DNA from: the human T2T-CHM13v2.0 reference genome, Homo sapiens
Assembly: GCF_009914755.1 (NCBI RefSeq)
Contig: NC_060929.1
Length of the DNA stretch: 64,000 nucleotides
Strand: one strand, 5' to 3'
The translations under genes and the position numbers were made by a program. The notes below the pieces were generated by a model. It made no database searches. It had not been told where the DNA came from and was given only the letters and a program-made list of their open reading frames with translations. This document shows, piece by piece, positions 1-16,719 of this stretch (within the stretch, counting starts at the first letter, position 1; every line of letters begins with the position of its first letter).

Positions 1-1932
1 CCTGTTAATTTACTAAAAAACATTGAATTATATCCTTTAAGTGGGTTACTTGTATGGTATGTGAATTATATTTCAGTGAAGCTGTTCAAAAAGTGATAGG
101 CTCATGGATTGAAGATTCCCAGTAAAACAAAGGATTATGGAGTTGTGAGATTCATCTTTGTAGATATTGAAATCACTAGTGATTATGATATAAATATTGT
201 TGGAAAGACTGACAGCCAAGAACCAATACTTTCAAAAAACAGGGGGAAATAATCTGCAGGAGAGTAGATAATTGCAATAAGAAGGGATATTTGTTAGTGT
301 TGTTGATGATGTAAGATGTAAAGGTGAATGCTTTCATGATGAAGAAAGAGAAAATATTAAGTAGAAATGAGGAACGTGAAGATCACCTACTCCATATTCA
401 AGGCCCAAGATACACGAGAAGTGGAAGAAAAAGCAGCTACCACTTGATAGAGCCTACAGAGAAAGCAGGGTCATCAGAGTAGAGCTTCTATGATAGACTT
501 TTATATTGACCCTAAAACACTGAAATTCATAAGGTAACTTTCTGGATACTTTCAGCTTCCTACATGAAGTTTTTGATCTGTTACGTTTTTCATGAATTGT
601 ATGTCATGAAACTTGAGTCTGTTTTTCAGTGGATTACTTGATCAAATTAGTGTTCTTACTCTCCTACTTAATCTATTTCACATTCCTAATGTATAAGGCT
701 GTATAATTGGTCAGTTCTGGTTTATTTTTGTTTTGTGAGAGAATAAAGGATGTGAATACTTGCCAGGTTAGATTTCTAATTTACAGGAATCTTGTCACCC
801 TAATAGGTTGATATGTCTCACCAAAAATTATAAAAGAGTTGTTGATTAATTGTAGTATAATAATGACTGCTAGTATCCATGGGAGAACAGAAAGAATTTG
901 TTCTTTTTCTAACTTTTATTTGTCCTTTCTGAGTCTTCTAACAAGCAGATAGCCTCTTTTCTTCATTATTCAGTTCCATACCTTTTAAAAAAACATTTTT
1001 ACTTGAAAGCGTTTCTTAATCAGAAACAATTGATTTCAGTATTATGAAATAGCCCTCTCATCTTTGAAAAATCAGTCTCCAAGAATAGCATAAAATTTGT
1101 TTTTAGCAAGATAATTTTATGTTGTTAATTATTTGTAAAGGTCTCAAAAGTACTGAAGGATCACCTAGATCAATGAATCCAGAGATGTAAAATAATATAC
1201 CTTAAGCAAAAATCATTGAATAAATACCTCCATTTCTAAATTAGTCAATTTCAGCTGCCCCCAAAGTAAGATTTATGAAAACTGTAGATGTTGCCATTTG
1301 TGCCACTGCCTTAAATCTATTTAATCCTCTACTACTATCAGCTGTGAAGTTAACTCTACCATCAAACAATGTGAAATCTTGGATTTTTTAATACATCATG
1401 CATAAAAATACAGAAGGAACAAATTTATTACTATCTATTATGTTCCAAGCAGGGGAAATATTTAAAATGATCACACTGGTACTATCATGACATTGACCAT
1501 TCAGAAAAGATGCTGGTCCTTGGATCATGAGAGTACATCCTGACTGAATAACAGATCTGGTCCTAGACAGTTTAGTGTTTTGTACTCAAATTTATTTTCA
1601 GTCATGTCTTCATGGTAGACATTGTTTTTTCCATTTTACAAATGAAAACCCTAAGACTTAAAGAGATAAGTAACTTATGCAAGATCACATAGCAAATTAG
1701 TAGAGCTGGGATTCAAATTAGTTTTATTTGGCTCTAAATTCTATGCCATTTTCAGTGTTCTACTGCCTTGATAAACTTAAAACCGATCTGCTTTCTATCC
1801 AGAACTGAGTTCACAATAATTTATCACTCATTTGGAAGAACAGATCATTGTGCTGATTTTGGAATTTCCCCCAAGATAAGCTACGTTTCTATGAATACTT
1901 ACTAAACTTTTTTCTTCCTTATTCTATATTAG

Positions 1933-2038
1933 GACGTCTTGCATGGCTGGTATACTTAGTTGGGACAGTTGTAGGAGGAAGATTAACATATACCAGTACA
2001 GATGAGCATGATGCTATGGATGGAGAATTATCCTGTCG
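1933..2038 (+). CDS. RANBP17: Internal coding exon of RAN binding protein 17 (importin-beta family, XPO7 paralog), 106 bp, phase 1 to phase 2
   Basis: Polypyrimidine tract then tag| acceptor (1931-1932) and CG|gtaagt donor. Translates (G)[34 protein letters not shown](R), recognised as RANBP17 and close to the XPO7 segment. Confidence 0.95.
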
Positions 2039-2841
2039 GTAAGTAAGAGCTATGTAATTTACTGAAATTCACTAAATAGTTAAAAAAAATTAGTTATTGA
2101 ACTAGTATTATGAGTGAAGACATTTTGTATGTGGCCTTTTGAGGAAGGTATTATTTCCCTTTTTATTGGTGAGAAAACCAAGGCTCAAAGGTTAAATGAT
2201 TTGTAGAAGTCAAATCTCTAATAAGTGATAGACTCAAAATATTTTGTACATGTTTGTGCAAATAATGTGATAAAGATTTAGGTTGCTTTTTATTACTTAG
2301 GATGTGAGCAAGCACATACAGTTGGTGTGTATTGGAAAGGTGGCAAAATTGGGTGACATACATCCAATCAGAAAGTATTAGGTAGTCAGTTACCCATCGC
2401 AGGTTTTGTCACCTATTGGCCACAGTCTTAGGAAAAAGCAGTTGAATTATTCTCTTCAAGTTTCTATTCTAACCTGAGGAAAATTTCTATATATGAATAA
2501 TACAAGTGAATTGATTTTCCATATATTTTAATTTATTTTTAATAACAAATCTCCTTATAACAGCGTCATACATGTTTTTATTGAAGACTTAAACATTCAA
2601 ATGAAAATAAAAATTATATACTAATTTGGAGATAACCACTACTGTTATTTTGTAAAGTCCGTTTGAGTCTTTTTAATTAACGTGTATGGGTGTATGTTTA
2701 CTGCATGTGTGTTTTTCAACTTTTCTTAAACATTACAAAACAATGTAAGATGGAGCTAATAATAATACCTAACTTATTTTGGGCTATTATAAGGAATTTA
2801 TTTTTTTAAATGCTTAGAACAGTGCCTGGCAATTAGTGGTA

Positions 2842-2847
<6 letters not shown>

Positions 2848-2879
<32 letters not shown>
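2848..2879. repeat. (CA)n microsatellite, about 16 units
   Basis: Read directly. Confidence 0.95.
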
Positions 2880-2881
<2 letters not shown>

Positions 2882-3198
2882 CAACCCCACCCACCCACCT
2901 CAACACCACTTTTTAAAATCAAATGCAATATCAACATTTTACCTGGACATTAAATTTTCTAAATTTAGAAAATTCCTTGTTTTTGGAATTTTAGGTTGTT
3001 CCTCAATTTTTTTTATTATAAATTACTTTTAGATATACTAAATTGTTTTTAGTTATATCTTTATGTAGACTGAAATAATTTCATTAGAGTTCGTTCCTAA
3101 ATGCAGAATAGCTGGTCAAAAGTTATGTAGCATTTTAAAGACTTTCAATACTCAATACCACACGGTGTTCTGAAAAAGGACCAATGTATCCTCTGAAC

Positions 3199-3527
3199 CA
3201 AGGGTCCCCAACCCCTGTACTGGTCCACAGCCTGTTAGGAACTGGGCTGCATAGCAGGAGGTGAGCTGCAGGTGAGCAAGGATTACTGCCTGAGCTCCGC
3301 CTCCTGTCAGATCAGCAGGGACATAGATTCTCATAGGAGGGTGAACCCTAAACTACACATGTGAGGGATCTAGGTTGCATGCTCCTTACGGGAATCTAAT
3401 GCCTGGTGATCTGAGGTGGAACAGTTTCATCCTGAGACCGTCACCCCACACCACCCCAAACCCCATCCATGGAAACATTGTCTTCCAGGAAACTGGTCCC
3501 TGGTGCCAAAAAGGTTGGGGACCACTG
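3199..3527 (+). mobile_element. MER1B (hAT-Charlie non-autonomous DNA transposon)
   Basis: Termini caagggtccccaacc...ggttggggaccactg; internal gagctccgcctcctgtcagatcagc; degenerate 8-bp TSD ctctgaac/tgctgaac. Confidence 0.9.
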
Positions 3528-3780
3528 TGCTGAACCCAAATTGTATGATAGTTAACATTTGTTAGTGGTTGAACTGCCAGATAGTAGGGTTCATATTGTT
3601 GCCAGTTTATAGGTAACAAATGTATTATTTCAATTGGTATTTATTTGGTTACTAGTAGAATCAAACATTCTTTTCCACTCCTAGCTTTGCCATTTTTTCT
3701 TTGTGATTTTTATATCTATATTGATTATATTATTTACCTGCTTTTCTTTTGTGATGATCTCTTCTAACTTATTTGAAAGA

Positions 3781-3910
3781 GCTCAGTATATATATATATC
3801 TATATATATATATATATATGCTCAGTGTGTATATATATATATGTATATATATGCTCAGTCTGTGTATATATATATATGCTCAGTCTGTGTATATATATAT
3901 ATGCTCAGTC

Positions 3911-3947
<37 letters not shown>

Positions 3948-3981
3948 TCAGTGTATATATATATATATATATATATGCTCA

Positions 3982-4027
<46 letters not shown>

Positions 4028-4030
4028 TGA
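3781..4030. repeat. Compound (TA)n repeat/VNTR with seven GCTCAGT interruptions
   Basis: gctcagt at about 3781, 3820, 3853, 3878, 3903, 3946 and 3977, separated by TA runs. Confidence 0.95.
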
Positions 4031-4913
4031 ATGAACTCTGTAGAGGAACGAACTCTAATGAAATTATTTCAATCTACATAAAGATATAATTAAAAATAAT
4101 TTAGTTATATCTAAAAGTAATTTATAATAACAAAAATTGAGGAACAACCTAAAATTCCTGTATATATATATATATATATCTCAGAGATCTTAATATTTTG
4201 CTCCTCATTTTGAAAATGTTTTCTCTGTATTTTTACTTCAGAAATTTCTTCTTTACTGGCTTTAAATATTATGTATTCAGATCTATGGACTTTTTCCTTC
4301 ATATTTCTCTGCTGCTTATATTTAGAAAGATTTTTTTTCCACTTCTGATTAATGAAAATATCCACCTGTATTTTCTCCCAGCTGTCTTTGGTATTAATAG
4401 CTTTTTATATTTATTTTTAATATATCTTGATATTTGGTTTCATATGTTTTTTCCAAATTTTCCAATTAATGCCAATCCTACCCTCTACTGATTTGAAGTG
4501 GCACTTATATCTTACACAAAATTATTTCATCTTTTTTCAGGCCTTTCATACTTTTCCATTGATCTTAGAAGTATATTGTTATATATTTTTACCCTATTAA
4601 AGACCTTAAAATTGTTATACCTACTTGTGATATTCTCCTTCATTTTTATTATTAAATATATTTCTAAGTGCTTAATGAATTTATTGTACTTTTGGATAAA
4701 ATATTTCATTTTGTTCCATTTCCTTTTCAACCTTTAAACTATTTCTTCAATAAAATGTGAATCTTCATGGACCATGAATATTTTTAGTTTTTCTAAGACT
4801 TATTATTTTCTATATCAAATTGAATTACTTGAAAATATGAATAACAGGTGTTTGGGGCCTCCTTAAAGTGCTTTAGTTACTTTTCAACCAAACAAAAAAT
4901 TTGCTACTCAATC

Positions 4914-5537
<624 letters not shown>

Positions 5538-5730
5538 TTATTTAAGCAGCAAACGTATTGAACATGTTGAACTAAGATTTGTGTTTTGGCCTGCATTCCC
5601 TGGAAAACAGAGCCTTGGGTGAAGTTCATGGGCCAATATTTTTCTGGAGGTTAGGGAGAAGAGTACATTTTTAGAGAAGAAAGAATAAGAGGAAAGGGAA
5701 AGTAAGTGAGACAATAAGAGAAAACAAATA

Positions 5731-6371
5731 CAGTCAATCTTTATTATTCCTGGATTCCATTTTTTGTGAATTTGCCTACTTCATAAAATGTGTTTCTAAT
5801 CCCAAAATCAGTACTCATGGTGCTTTTGTGGTCATTTGCAGACATGTGCTTAGGGATGAAAAAATTTGAGTTTTGTGTTGCACTTTCCCAACTGAGGTTG
5901 AACAAGGTGATACTCTGCCTTGTTTCAGCTCTTGTACTGCAAATAATTGCCCTTTTTATATTCTGTTTAGAGCCACATTTTTCATACTGTTGTGCTTTTT
6001 GTTGGTGCTTTCAGTGTTTAAAATCGCCCAGCTGTATTGTTAAAGTGCTATTTAGTGTTCTTAAATACAAGAAGGCTGTCATGTGCCATACATGGGTTAG
6101 ATTAGCTTTGTTTGGGTACCAGTGGGAGTACTGTGAATACTGCAGTAGTCTGTGAGTTCAGTGTTAACAAGTCAACAACATATTTGAAAAAGCCTCTCTA
6201 AACAGAAATACACATGAAACAAGATTGCAATCCATTGACCAAAATGTTGTCACCAGAGGCTTGCAGGAACCTAATCCTGTATTTTACCTAGGAGCAATGG
6301 TTCATTATTCACTAATTCAGTGTTCACAGTGACTACAGAATATAACTACCATGAATAATGAGAACCAACTA
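5731..6371 (+). mobile_element. MER82-like TcMar-Tigger element
   Basis: ta|cagtcaatctttattattc start; gaataatgagaaccaact end; recalled internal similarity. Confidence 0.75.
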
Positions 6372-7296
6372 TGTAAGGTGGTGTATTACTGAGAAAATAC
6401 AACTGGTTGCTTGCTTTTATAGGAATTTTCCCTGGAGGCCACACGAAACCACTTGTGCCTCAGAACAACTCATGACTGGGGGAGTAAGGACAAGCAGTAT
6501 ATCCATTGGCTTCTTTCTGTGTCTCGTTTCTTACTGGTTAATGTCTACTCCTGGGGTATTTCACTTTTCCACACTTCTTAGTTATGTTTCCTGGCCTCTT
6601 TGAGGAGCTGCTGGGAAGACAGAGCTTTAATTGGTCCTGTTAGAGTTATGAACAGGAATGGTGGTTTGTCTCTCTTTTCTGGGAAGATACATAACTCCAG
6701 AAACTGTGAGAGTCTTTTCTGGGGCTACAAGACAAGTGGCTGAAGCCAGGGGTGAGGTGAGAGGTGATAGTGTGGTTGGTGGGTGTGCAAGCAGGGCCAA
6801 GCAAATTCAAGGTGGGGCATATTCTAGGACTTACACAACAGTCTGGAAATAAATATGTATTTTAGAATATTGAGATTCTAAACTAAGAATGATGTCTTAC
6901 GTAAAATTACAAAAAAAATCACTTTCATATGAAGATGTTCCAAATAATTGGAACTACAGTACTGTGACTTTCTATATGTTATATATAATAGCATTCCAAC
7001 TCCTCAGAGAACACTACCAAATTAGAAGATCATGAAGCTCCTGCCAAAACTTCATGTGCTATTTTGGCATGAAAAGTTGAAGAGTCATAAAAGCTCCTAA
7101 CATTGTGATGATTTATAATTATGACTGAAACATGCTACTTTAAACATAGCAAATAAATATATTTACACTCAGGCCACATAATTCTAATTAAATAAAGACA
7201 TTTATAGTCATTTTAGTTTCATTCATCATGACTAAAATGAAAACCTCTTGAGAGATTCTCCAGGGATTTTGTCTTATTCATCATGCATCCTGTTAA

Positions 7297-7424
7297 CTCA
7301 TTTATGTATGCAGTTGCAATTTTTAAAATTTTTGCTATCAGACCTTGGCGATGACCTTGAGCAGTAGGATATAAATAACTCCCACATGCTTAGCGTTCCA
7401 ATAATGGAACACTAGGCATAAATG
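7297..7424 (-). mobile_element. MER85 (PGBD3-derived piggyBac MITE)
   Basis: TTAA at 7293-7296; reverse complement of atttatgcctagtgttccattattggaacgctaagc...; internal palindrome gttccaataatggaac at 7395-7410. Confidence 0.92.
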
Positions 7425-7874
7425 TAATCCACTAGTGCTAGTAGATTGAGTGCTAGCTTCTTTCAGACCTATTCTACTTAGCTGTGCCACCCTGTGTCTC
7501 TCATTGCTCTCACCTACCCATCTCCCAGTCATCCCTCATTATCAAGACTTTAATAACTAGCTCAGAGTTTTCCTCTCTCTCCCAAACCCTGCTATTATAT
7601 AAATAACTTCAGCTGCTTTCTGATCAGATAATATTTCTCCCATTTTCTTACCCATAAGCCTCCAGTGGCTTCCTATCACACTTGAGACAAATTTCAAGGC
7701 CCTTGTGATGGCCCAGAGTATCCTGTGCTACTTCTGACCTCATTTCCTACCCTTTCCCATTTAACACTGGCCTCCTTGCTGTCCTTTGAGTATTACCAGT
7801 GTGTTTTCACTTTAGGGCCTTTGCACTTCTCTTTCTTCTGCTAAGAATACTTTCTTCCAGATGTTTGTATAGTA

Positions 7875-8306
7875 CATTTGGCCCTTGAACAATGTGGGAG
7901 TTAGGGGCACCAACCTTCCACACAGTTGAAAATCTGCCTGTAACTTTAGACTCCCCCCAAATTTAACTACTAATAGCCCACTGCTGACTGTAAACCTTAT
8001 TGATAACATAAACAGTCAATTAAAACATATTTTGTATGTTATATGTATTCTATGCTGTATTCTAACAAAGGAAGCTAGAGAAAAGAAAATGTTACTAAGA
8101 AAACCATAAGGAAGAAAAAGTAAATTTTCTGTTCATTAAGTGGATCTTCATAAAGGTCTTTATCCTCTTCATCTTAAACATTGGGTAGGCTTAAAAGCTG
8201 AGAAGGCGAAGTTGGTCTTACTCTCTCAGGGATGGCAGAGGCGCAAGAAAATTTGCATATAAGTGGACCTGCACAGTTCAAACCTGTCTTGTTCAAGGGC
8301 AAACTA
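7875..8306 (+). mobile_element. Tigger2a/MER8-family DNA transposon
   Basis: Inverted termini cccttgaacaa / cttgttcaaggg; internal ttaactactaatagcc. Confidence 0.8.
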
Positions 8307-9212
8307 TTCTTCCTCACTTCAGTCAGGTCTGTACTCAGATGTCTTTTTCAAAGAGGGCTCCTCTGACCTCCCTATCCAAAATAGCATCCTTACCCCACTT
8401 TATTTTTCTTGATAGTACTTATTACCTCTTGATGTTGTTTGTTCTACTAGAGTAAGGGAAGGAGTAAGCTTTGTTTTGCTTACTGCTGTATTTTATCTCC
8501 TCTGTGTAGCAAAACCTTAACCCTGAGGGAATTTAGGGTTTTCTCTAATTTGTTGAGTGATAGTAACAGAAATTGCACACTTCTGTGGATAGGACCCATT
8601 GTCACTTGTTGTTTTTAACCTCAACTAGGCCCTCAGCATTGCTCAGTGATTCTATTTTGTTTCAGTAATTCTTGTCTTCTGACTTCTAAACACCTATTGG
8701 GCTGTTTCACTGGGATGTTGTATCCCACATGCACCTCTAATTCAGTGACTAAAATTAAACTCATCTTTTCCATCACCTAACCCTGGCTCTCTTCACATGT
8801 CTCTTCATCATACACTCAGTTTCCCAAGCCTGAATCGTGAGAGTTATCCTTAACTTTTTCCCTTTTTCTCTCTAGCATTCATATAGTCATCAAGTCCTGT
8901 CAGTTCTATCTTTTAGTTACCTCAGTTAGTCCACCTATCCTATCTCCTCTGCCAGTTTAGCTACTATCATCTTTCACCTGGATTAGTAGTAAGTTTTTAA
9001 ACGGACTTCTTGCTTCCTTTTGCAGCCAGAGTAATCTTTCTAAAGTACAGATCTGATTATGTCAATGCTTGGCTTGAACTATGCAATGACGTCATTGTTT
9101 TTAAGATGAACAACATGGCTTATCAGGCTGTTCATTATCTGGCTCCTGCCTGTCCCATTAGCCTCATTTTCTGCCATTCACTACATTATAGCCATGTTGA
9201 ACATTATACAGC

Positions 9213-9387
9213 TGAGTAGCTGGGATACAGGCTCCTGCCACCACACCTGGCTAATTTTTTTATTTTTAGTAGAGACAGGGTTTCACCGTGTTGGCCAGGA
9301 TGATCTCAAACTCCTGACCTCAAGGGATCTGCCTGCCTTGGGCTCCCAAAGTGCTGGGATTACAGGCGTGAGCCACTGCACCCGGCC
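9213..9387 (-). mobile_element. AluS, 3'-truncated
   Basis: tgagtagctggga...gagccactgcacccggcc; distal right arm and tail absent. Confidence 0.9.
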
Positions 9388-9844
9388 CCCTGCCCCTTTA
9401 GATGGCTACACATGCTTTCCTTTTTGTCGCAACACTATGGCTTTGCCTTGTTCGTCCTAGAATATTAGGAAATAGCATTTGTTATAGGACTTGTCATTCT
9501 TTATTCCAGCTGCTTCTTTTATCTTCCTCTTGATAGATTATAGATTTCTAGAGGACTGGGGATATATAGGTCTTGTACTTTGTTGTATTTTGAATGCCTG
9601 ACACATATCTGACGTATAGTGGGCCCTCAAATTTGTTGACTGAATAAATGCTTATTTAGTTGGATACCTAGGAAAATTCAGCACAGTTATCCAAAATTCA
9701 TTTCATTGTGTTTGAAATGGCATGCTTATACTTGGATCAAAAATTATTTATCTTTTTATTCTGTGCTTTTTACCAGAAATAATTTAAGATAAACGAATAA
9801 TACATGTAGGACAATAAATTGAAACTGGGAATGGATATTATATA

Positions 9845-10093
9845 CACATTGAACATCCCTAATCCAAAAATCTGAAATTTGAAATGCTTCAAAATCTGAA
9901 ACAGTTTGAGCATCAACATGAATCTCAAAGGTCATGCTTAAAGGAAATGCTCATTGAAGCATTTCAGATTATGGATTTTTGGATTCGAGATGCTCAGATG
10001 GTAAGTATAATGCAGATATTCCAAATTTCAAAAAAATTAAAAATCTGAAACACTTCTGATCTGAAGCATTTCACAAAAGGAATACTTAACCTG
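9845..10093 (+). mobile_element. Tigger4a (Zombi/MER46A)
   Basis: ttgaacatccctaatccaaaaatctgaaat...atacttaacctg|ta. Confidence 0.8.
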
Positions 10094-10162
10094 TATATAT
10101 TGGTATGTATAGGCATTAGTCTTATACACTTGTTAGAGGTGGCAGCACATCTTCAGAGGGCA

Positions 10163-10570
10163 CTGTGGTAGAGACTGTCAATTGTCTTTCATCTCTTCTT
10201 CCTTTCCCTTCCCATAATAAAGTGCTTGATTGTTTTCTTGAGCAAATGGCCACTCTGAATAAAGACCAGATTTTCTAGGTTGTTTTGCAGCTAGGTATGG
10301 CAAAGTGATTATGTTCTTAGTGTAAATGAACGTGTTATGTGTAATATATGTAGATGTAATGGGTGGAGCTGAAAAAGCTACCTCAGACCACAGAGTGCTT
10401 GTGGAGGCAAGTGTAACAACAAGATGGAAGGAACCTGAGCCCCTGATACATCTTGGAGCACCAACTAGCTTTAGGGAACTACCCTGGATTTTTGCTTGAG
10501 AGAGAAATAAACATCTATATTATGTAAGCCATTGTTATTTTGGATTTCATACACTTGCAGCTGAACCAGT
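10163..10570 (+). mobile_element. Old MaLR (MLT1-type) solo LTR
   Basis: MLT1-like 3' end gagagaaataaacatctat...aagccattgttattttgg. Confidence 0.6.
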
Positions 10571-11834
10571 ACAACTGCTAAAACTTCTTTGACAAATGGA
10601 TTGTGTACCCTGCTGGGAACTCATTCCTACTCTCTTGCTGGTGGGGATGTCATTGCCTCTTAGGCAAATGCAGATCACCAGCTTAAAATGAGTTGTAAAG
10701 GCACCCCAACAAATTTTTGTTCCACATCTTCTTTGAATTTGGGAATGTGTGCTATAAAAAGGAAATAAAAGTAAACAAGAGAAAGTGCATAAAATCAACA
10801 CAGAACTTGAGTAGGAGAAGGGAGATCCTATGCAATGAAGAATTTAAAAACAAGATACACCTTATTTAAGTCACTTGACAAATCACTTGGCTCCAGAGAT
10901 GAAATTTGATGTATATATCTATTTATTTAACTAAAACTTACTCCAGTAATCTGCTAATTCACCAGTACACAGATTTTAAAATTTAGCTTTACTCCTCATC
11001 TCAAAATTAGAAGATAAACGTATCACACATCCTATTAGGAAAAAAACCTCAAAACCTGTTTATAATAATCTAATTCTTAAATCTAATTCCTCAGCAAGTT
11101 CTCCATAAATCTTAGCAGTACTGAGAATATTTGGTATGCAAAGGGTACTTTTAAATAAGTAGCTTTATTTATAAATATAGGAAATAATCACTATAAAAAC
11201 GCTTGTCAAAATATTTTTTCTTAACATGTTGGCAATACGTAGCAAGTTTTTAAAAATTTTCGTATGCTGTGACCTAGACGTTTTGTTTCGAGAAGTCATT
11301 GAGGGTAAAGGAGGGGAAAGTAGTTATGTTTTACTTAGAAATATGAATTTTTATCCAAAATAAGATGATTAAATTTTGATGTAGCCTTAATTTTATGCAA
11401 CCATTAAAAACAGTGCTTTGGAAAATTATTTAATAACATGGTAAAAATAATTGGTCAAGATATATTTAGTGTGATGGATTGTAGAAAAGAATAAAAGGTT
11501 CAGTAAGTGTTCTGAATGCATAAGTGAATCCTAGTATATATGATAAATACTTCATAATGGTGAACAAAAGATAGTCTGTACAGGAAATAAATGGTTTTGA
11601 AGCAACTGGGTAGGCATCTTTAAAAAATAATGTTAGCTCCTTGTCTCACACTGTATAATCAAGATGAATCTCAGTGTATCATAGAGGTAAATGTAGAAAA
11701 CAAGAATCACAAAAATACCTGATTCAGGTAAGACCTTGCTATTATGCAAAATCCATGAAAGAAAAAATTGAACAAATTTTCTGCATGAGAAAAACAATAA
11801 CAAAAACTTCTGCATGGCATTAAACATTATAAAG

Positions 11835-12155
11835 CAGTAGGCCCCAGGGACTGGTTTAGTAGAAGATGGTTTTTCCATGGACCGGGGCAGGGGATGGTTT
11901 CAGGATGAAACTGTTCCACCTCAGATCACCAGGCATTAGATTGTCATAAAGAGCACACAACCTAGATCCCTCGCATGCACAGTTCACAGTAGGGTTTGCA
12001 CTCCTGTGAGAATCTAGTGCTGCAGCTGATCTGACAGGAGGCGGAGCTCAGGCGATAATGCTTGCTTGCTCATTGCCCACCTCCTGCTGTGCAGCCTGGT
12101 TCCTAACAGGCCACAGACTAGTACCGGTCTGCAGCCCAGGGTTTGGGGACCCTTG
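11835..12155 (-). mobile_element. MER1B
   Basis: Reverse complement of the 3199-3527 element; TSD ttataaag/tcataaag. Confidence 0.9.
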
Positions 12156-12722
12156 TCATAAAGTCAAGAGACAAATGAAACACAAAATTGTTTACAGTTC
12201 AATTATAGACAAAGGGGTCAACCCTCTGATATATAAATAATTTGTAAAACTCAGTAATTAAAAGACAGCCAAATAGAAAAAAAATCAGGAAAGGATATGA
12301 GCAAACGGGTCACAGAAAATGACATGGAAAATTTTTAACCTCGCCTAAATAAGAGGTGTACAAATTAAAATACACCGAGATGCCGTTTTTCAACTTTCCA
12401 GAAATTCTAATTTTCTGTCATCCTGAATTATCTTGTCTGTGTGTATATAGACACTCTTATGGAGTGATGGTAAGAGTATAAATTATTTCAATTTTTATGG
12501 AGTGCACTTTGGTAATAGCTATCAAAATTATAATAATTTATGCTGTTCGAGTGAGTAGCTTGACTTTTTGAAATGTGTGTTATAGATGGACATGTGTGAA
12601 ATGACATATGCAAGATTGTTAATTGCAGCATTTTGTAACAGCAAAAAATTATAAACAACCTTAGTGTCCATCAATAGGGGAATGTTTGAAAATATTATGG
12701 TGTATTCATATAATGGAATGTT

Positions 12723-15453
<2,731 letters not shown>

Positions 15454-16583
15454 TGAGGAACCTCCTTATGTCTGATGTGTAAAGAGCTCTAAGATTCATT
15501 GTTCAATGGAAAAAGCTAAGCTTAGAACCATGTGGATAATATGTTCTATGTGTTCAGAAGGGTTGGGAGGAGAATCTGTAGTCATATTTGCCTGTACATA
15601 CATAAAACATTCTCTGGAAGACATATAAACTATTAATAATGTGTGTATATATGTTCATGTGTGCATATATGGAAGAAACTGGGTGGGTCAGGCCTAGACA
15701 GAGCTTCCTTTGTGCAAATTAGAAAAGGATACTGCTTCCTCAACAACCTCTACTTCTGTCTCAAAAAATTATTATATTATATTCATTTTGTTAGCACAAG
15801 GTACTTGGCGGTCATCCACCAGAAAATTTTAATGAAAATAGATAATATTGAAGGATTTTTTTTGAGGTTCTGCACTAAGTTTTTCATTATATTGAATTAA
15901 GCTTTTTCTGTAGGAAATTTAACATAATCTTCAGTTCATTTATAATTTTCTAATAATAATAGTTTTGAATAATAATAGAAAAGTTGTGATTTTCTCTTAA
16001 TAATAGTTTAACTGCTGTTAGGAATATTTGATTTTGTAAAGATCACCTTGTAGTTTATTTAAGGTAAAATTTTATTATTCATTAAGGGCAGGATATAACT
16101 TTTGTTAGATGTACCTCTTGATATTTTTTTGAACTTTGAGTCATGACCTCAAAATATTTAATTATTTAGAAATACAAGATTAAGTAAAAAGGTGAAATAC
16201 AAGACTACATACTTAATATCCTTCTTCTTTTACTAAAAATTTATAGTAAATTTTTACTGTAGTATAGGGTTTTTTATGTGTATGCCATGCATTTATTTTA
16301 TCAGTTTTTAGTAAAATAATATCTGTATATACATACAGAGTTTTGCATCTATATGCATGTATGTGTATGTCTTAGGAAAAAAAGGCTAGAATGAATTAGA
16401 CCAAGTAGTAATATCTCTCAGTAGTAGGATTTCAGATGATTCAAAAAATATTTTCTTTATATTTTTTTATTTTCCCACTTTTTACAGTGATTATATGTTA
16501 TATTACATTTATGGTAAATGTTTTAATGTTGTTTCTCTAAGGTTTTGTACTGAAGGTTTTTTTTTTATTTTCCCTTCATGAAG

Positions 16584-16719
16584 AGTTTTTCAGCTTATAT
16601 CTTTAATGGATACCGGATTGCCTCGATGTTGTAATGAGAAAATAGAGCTTGCAATTCTGTGGTTCTTGGATCAGTTTCGTAAAACATATGTTGGTGATCA
16701 ACTTCAAAGAACCTCAAAG
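16584..16719 (+). CDS. RANBP17: Next RANBP17 coding exon, 136 bp, phase 2 to phase 0
   Basis: ttttattttcccttcatgaag| acceptor and AAG|gtaggt donor. Joins the previous exon in frame (CG+A=Arg) to give VFQLISLMDTGLPRCCNEKIELAILWFLDQFRKTYVGDQLQRTSK. Confidence 0.95.

Larger units (their letters stand above)
7440..9650. mobile_element. Degraded L2 fragments interrupted by Tigger2a and an Alu
   Basis: L2-like motifs (ctccagtggcttcctatcacac; gccagagtaatctttctaaa; tttgttgactgaataaatg). Boundaries approximate. Confidence 0.6.

Noticed and set aside
3781-4030. CRISPR-like repeat-spacer pattern (also 60350-60490)
   Set aside because: Eukaryotic intron, low-complexity non-unique spacers, no cas genes.
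3703-4089. YI/IY-rich ORFs
   Set aside because: Translations of the TA repeat.
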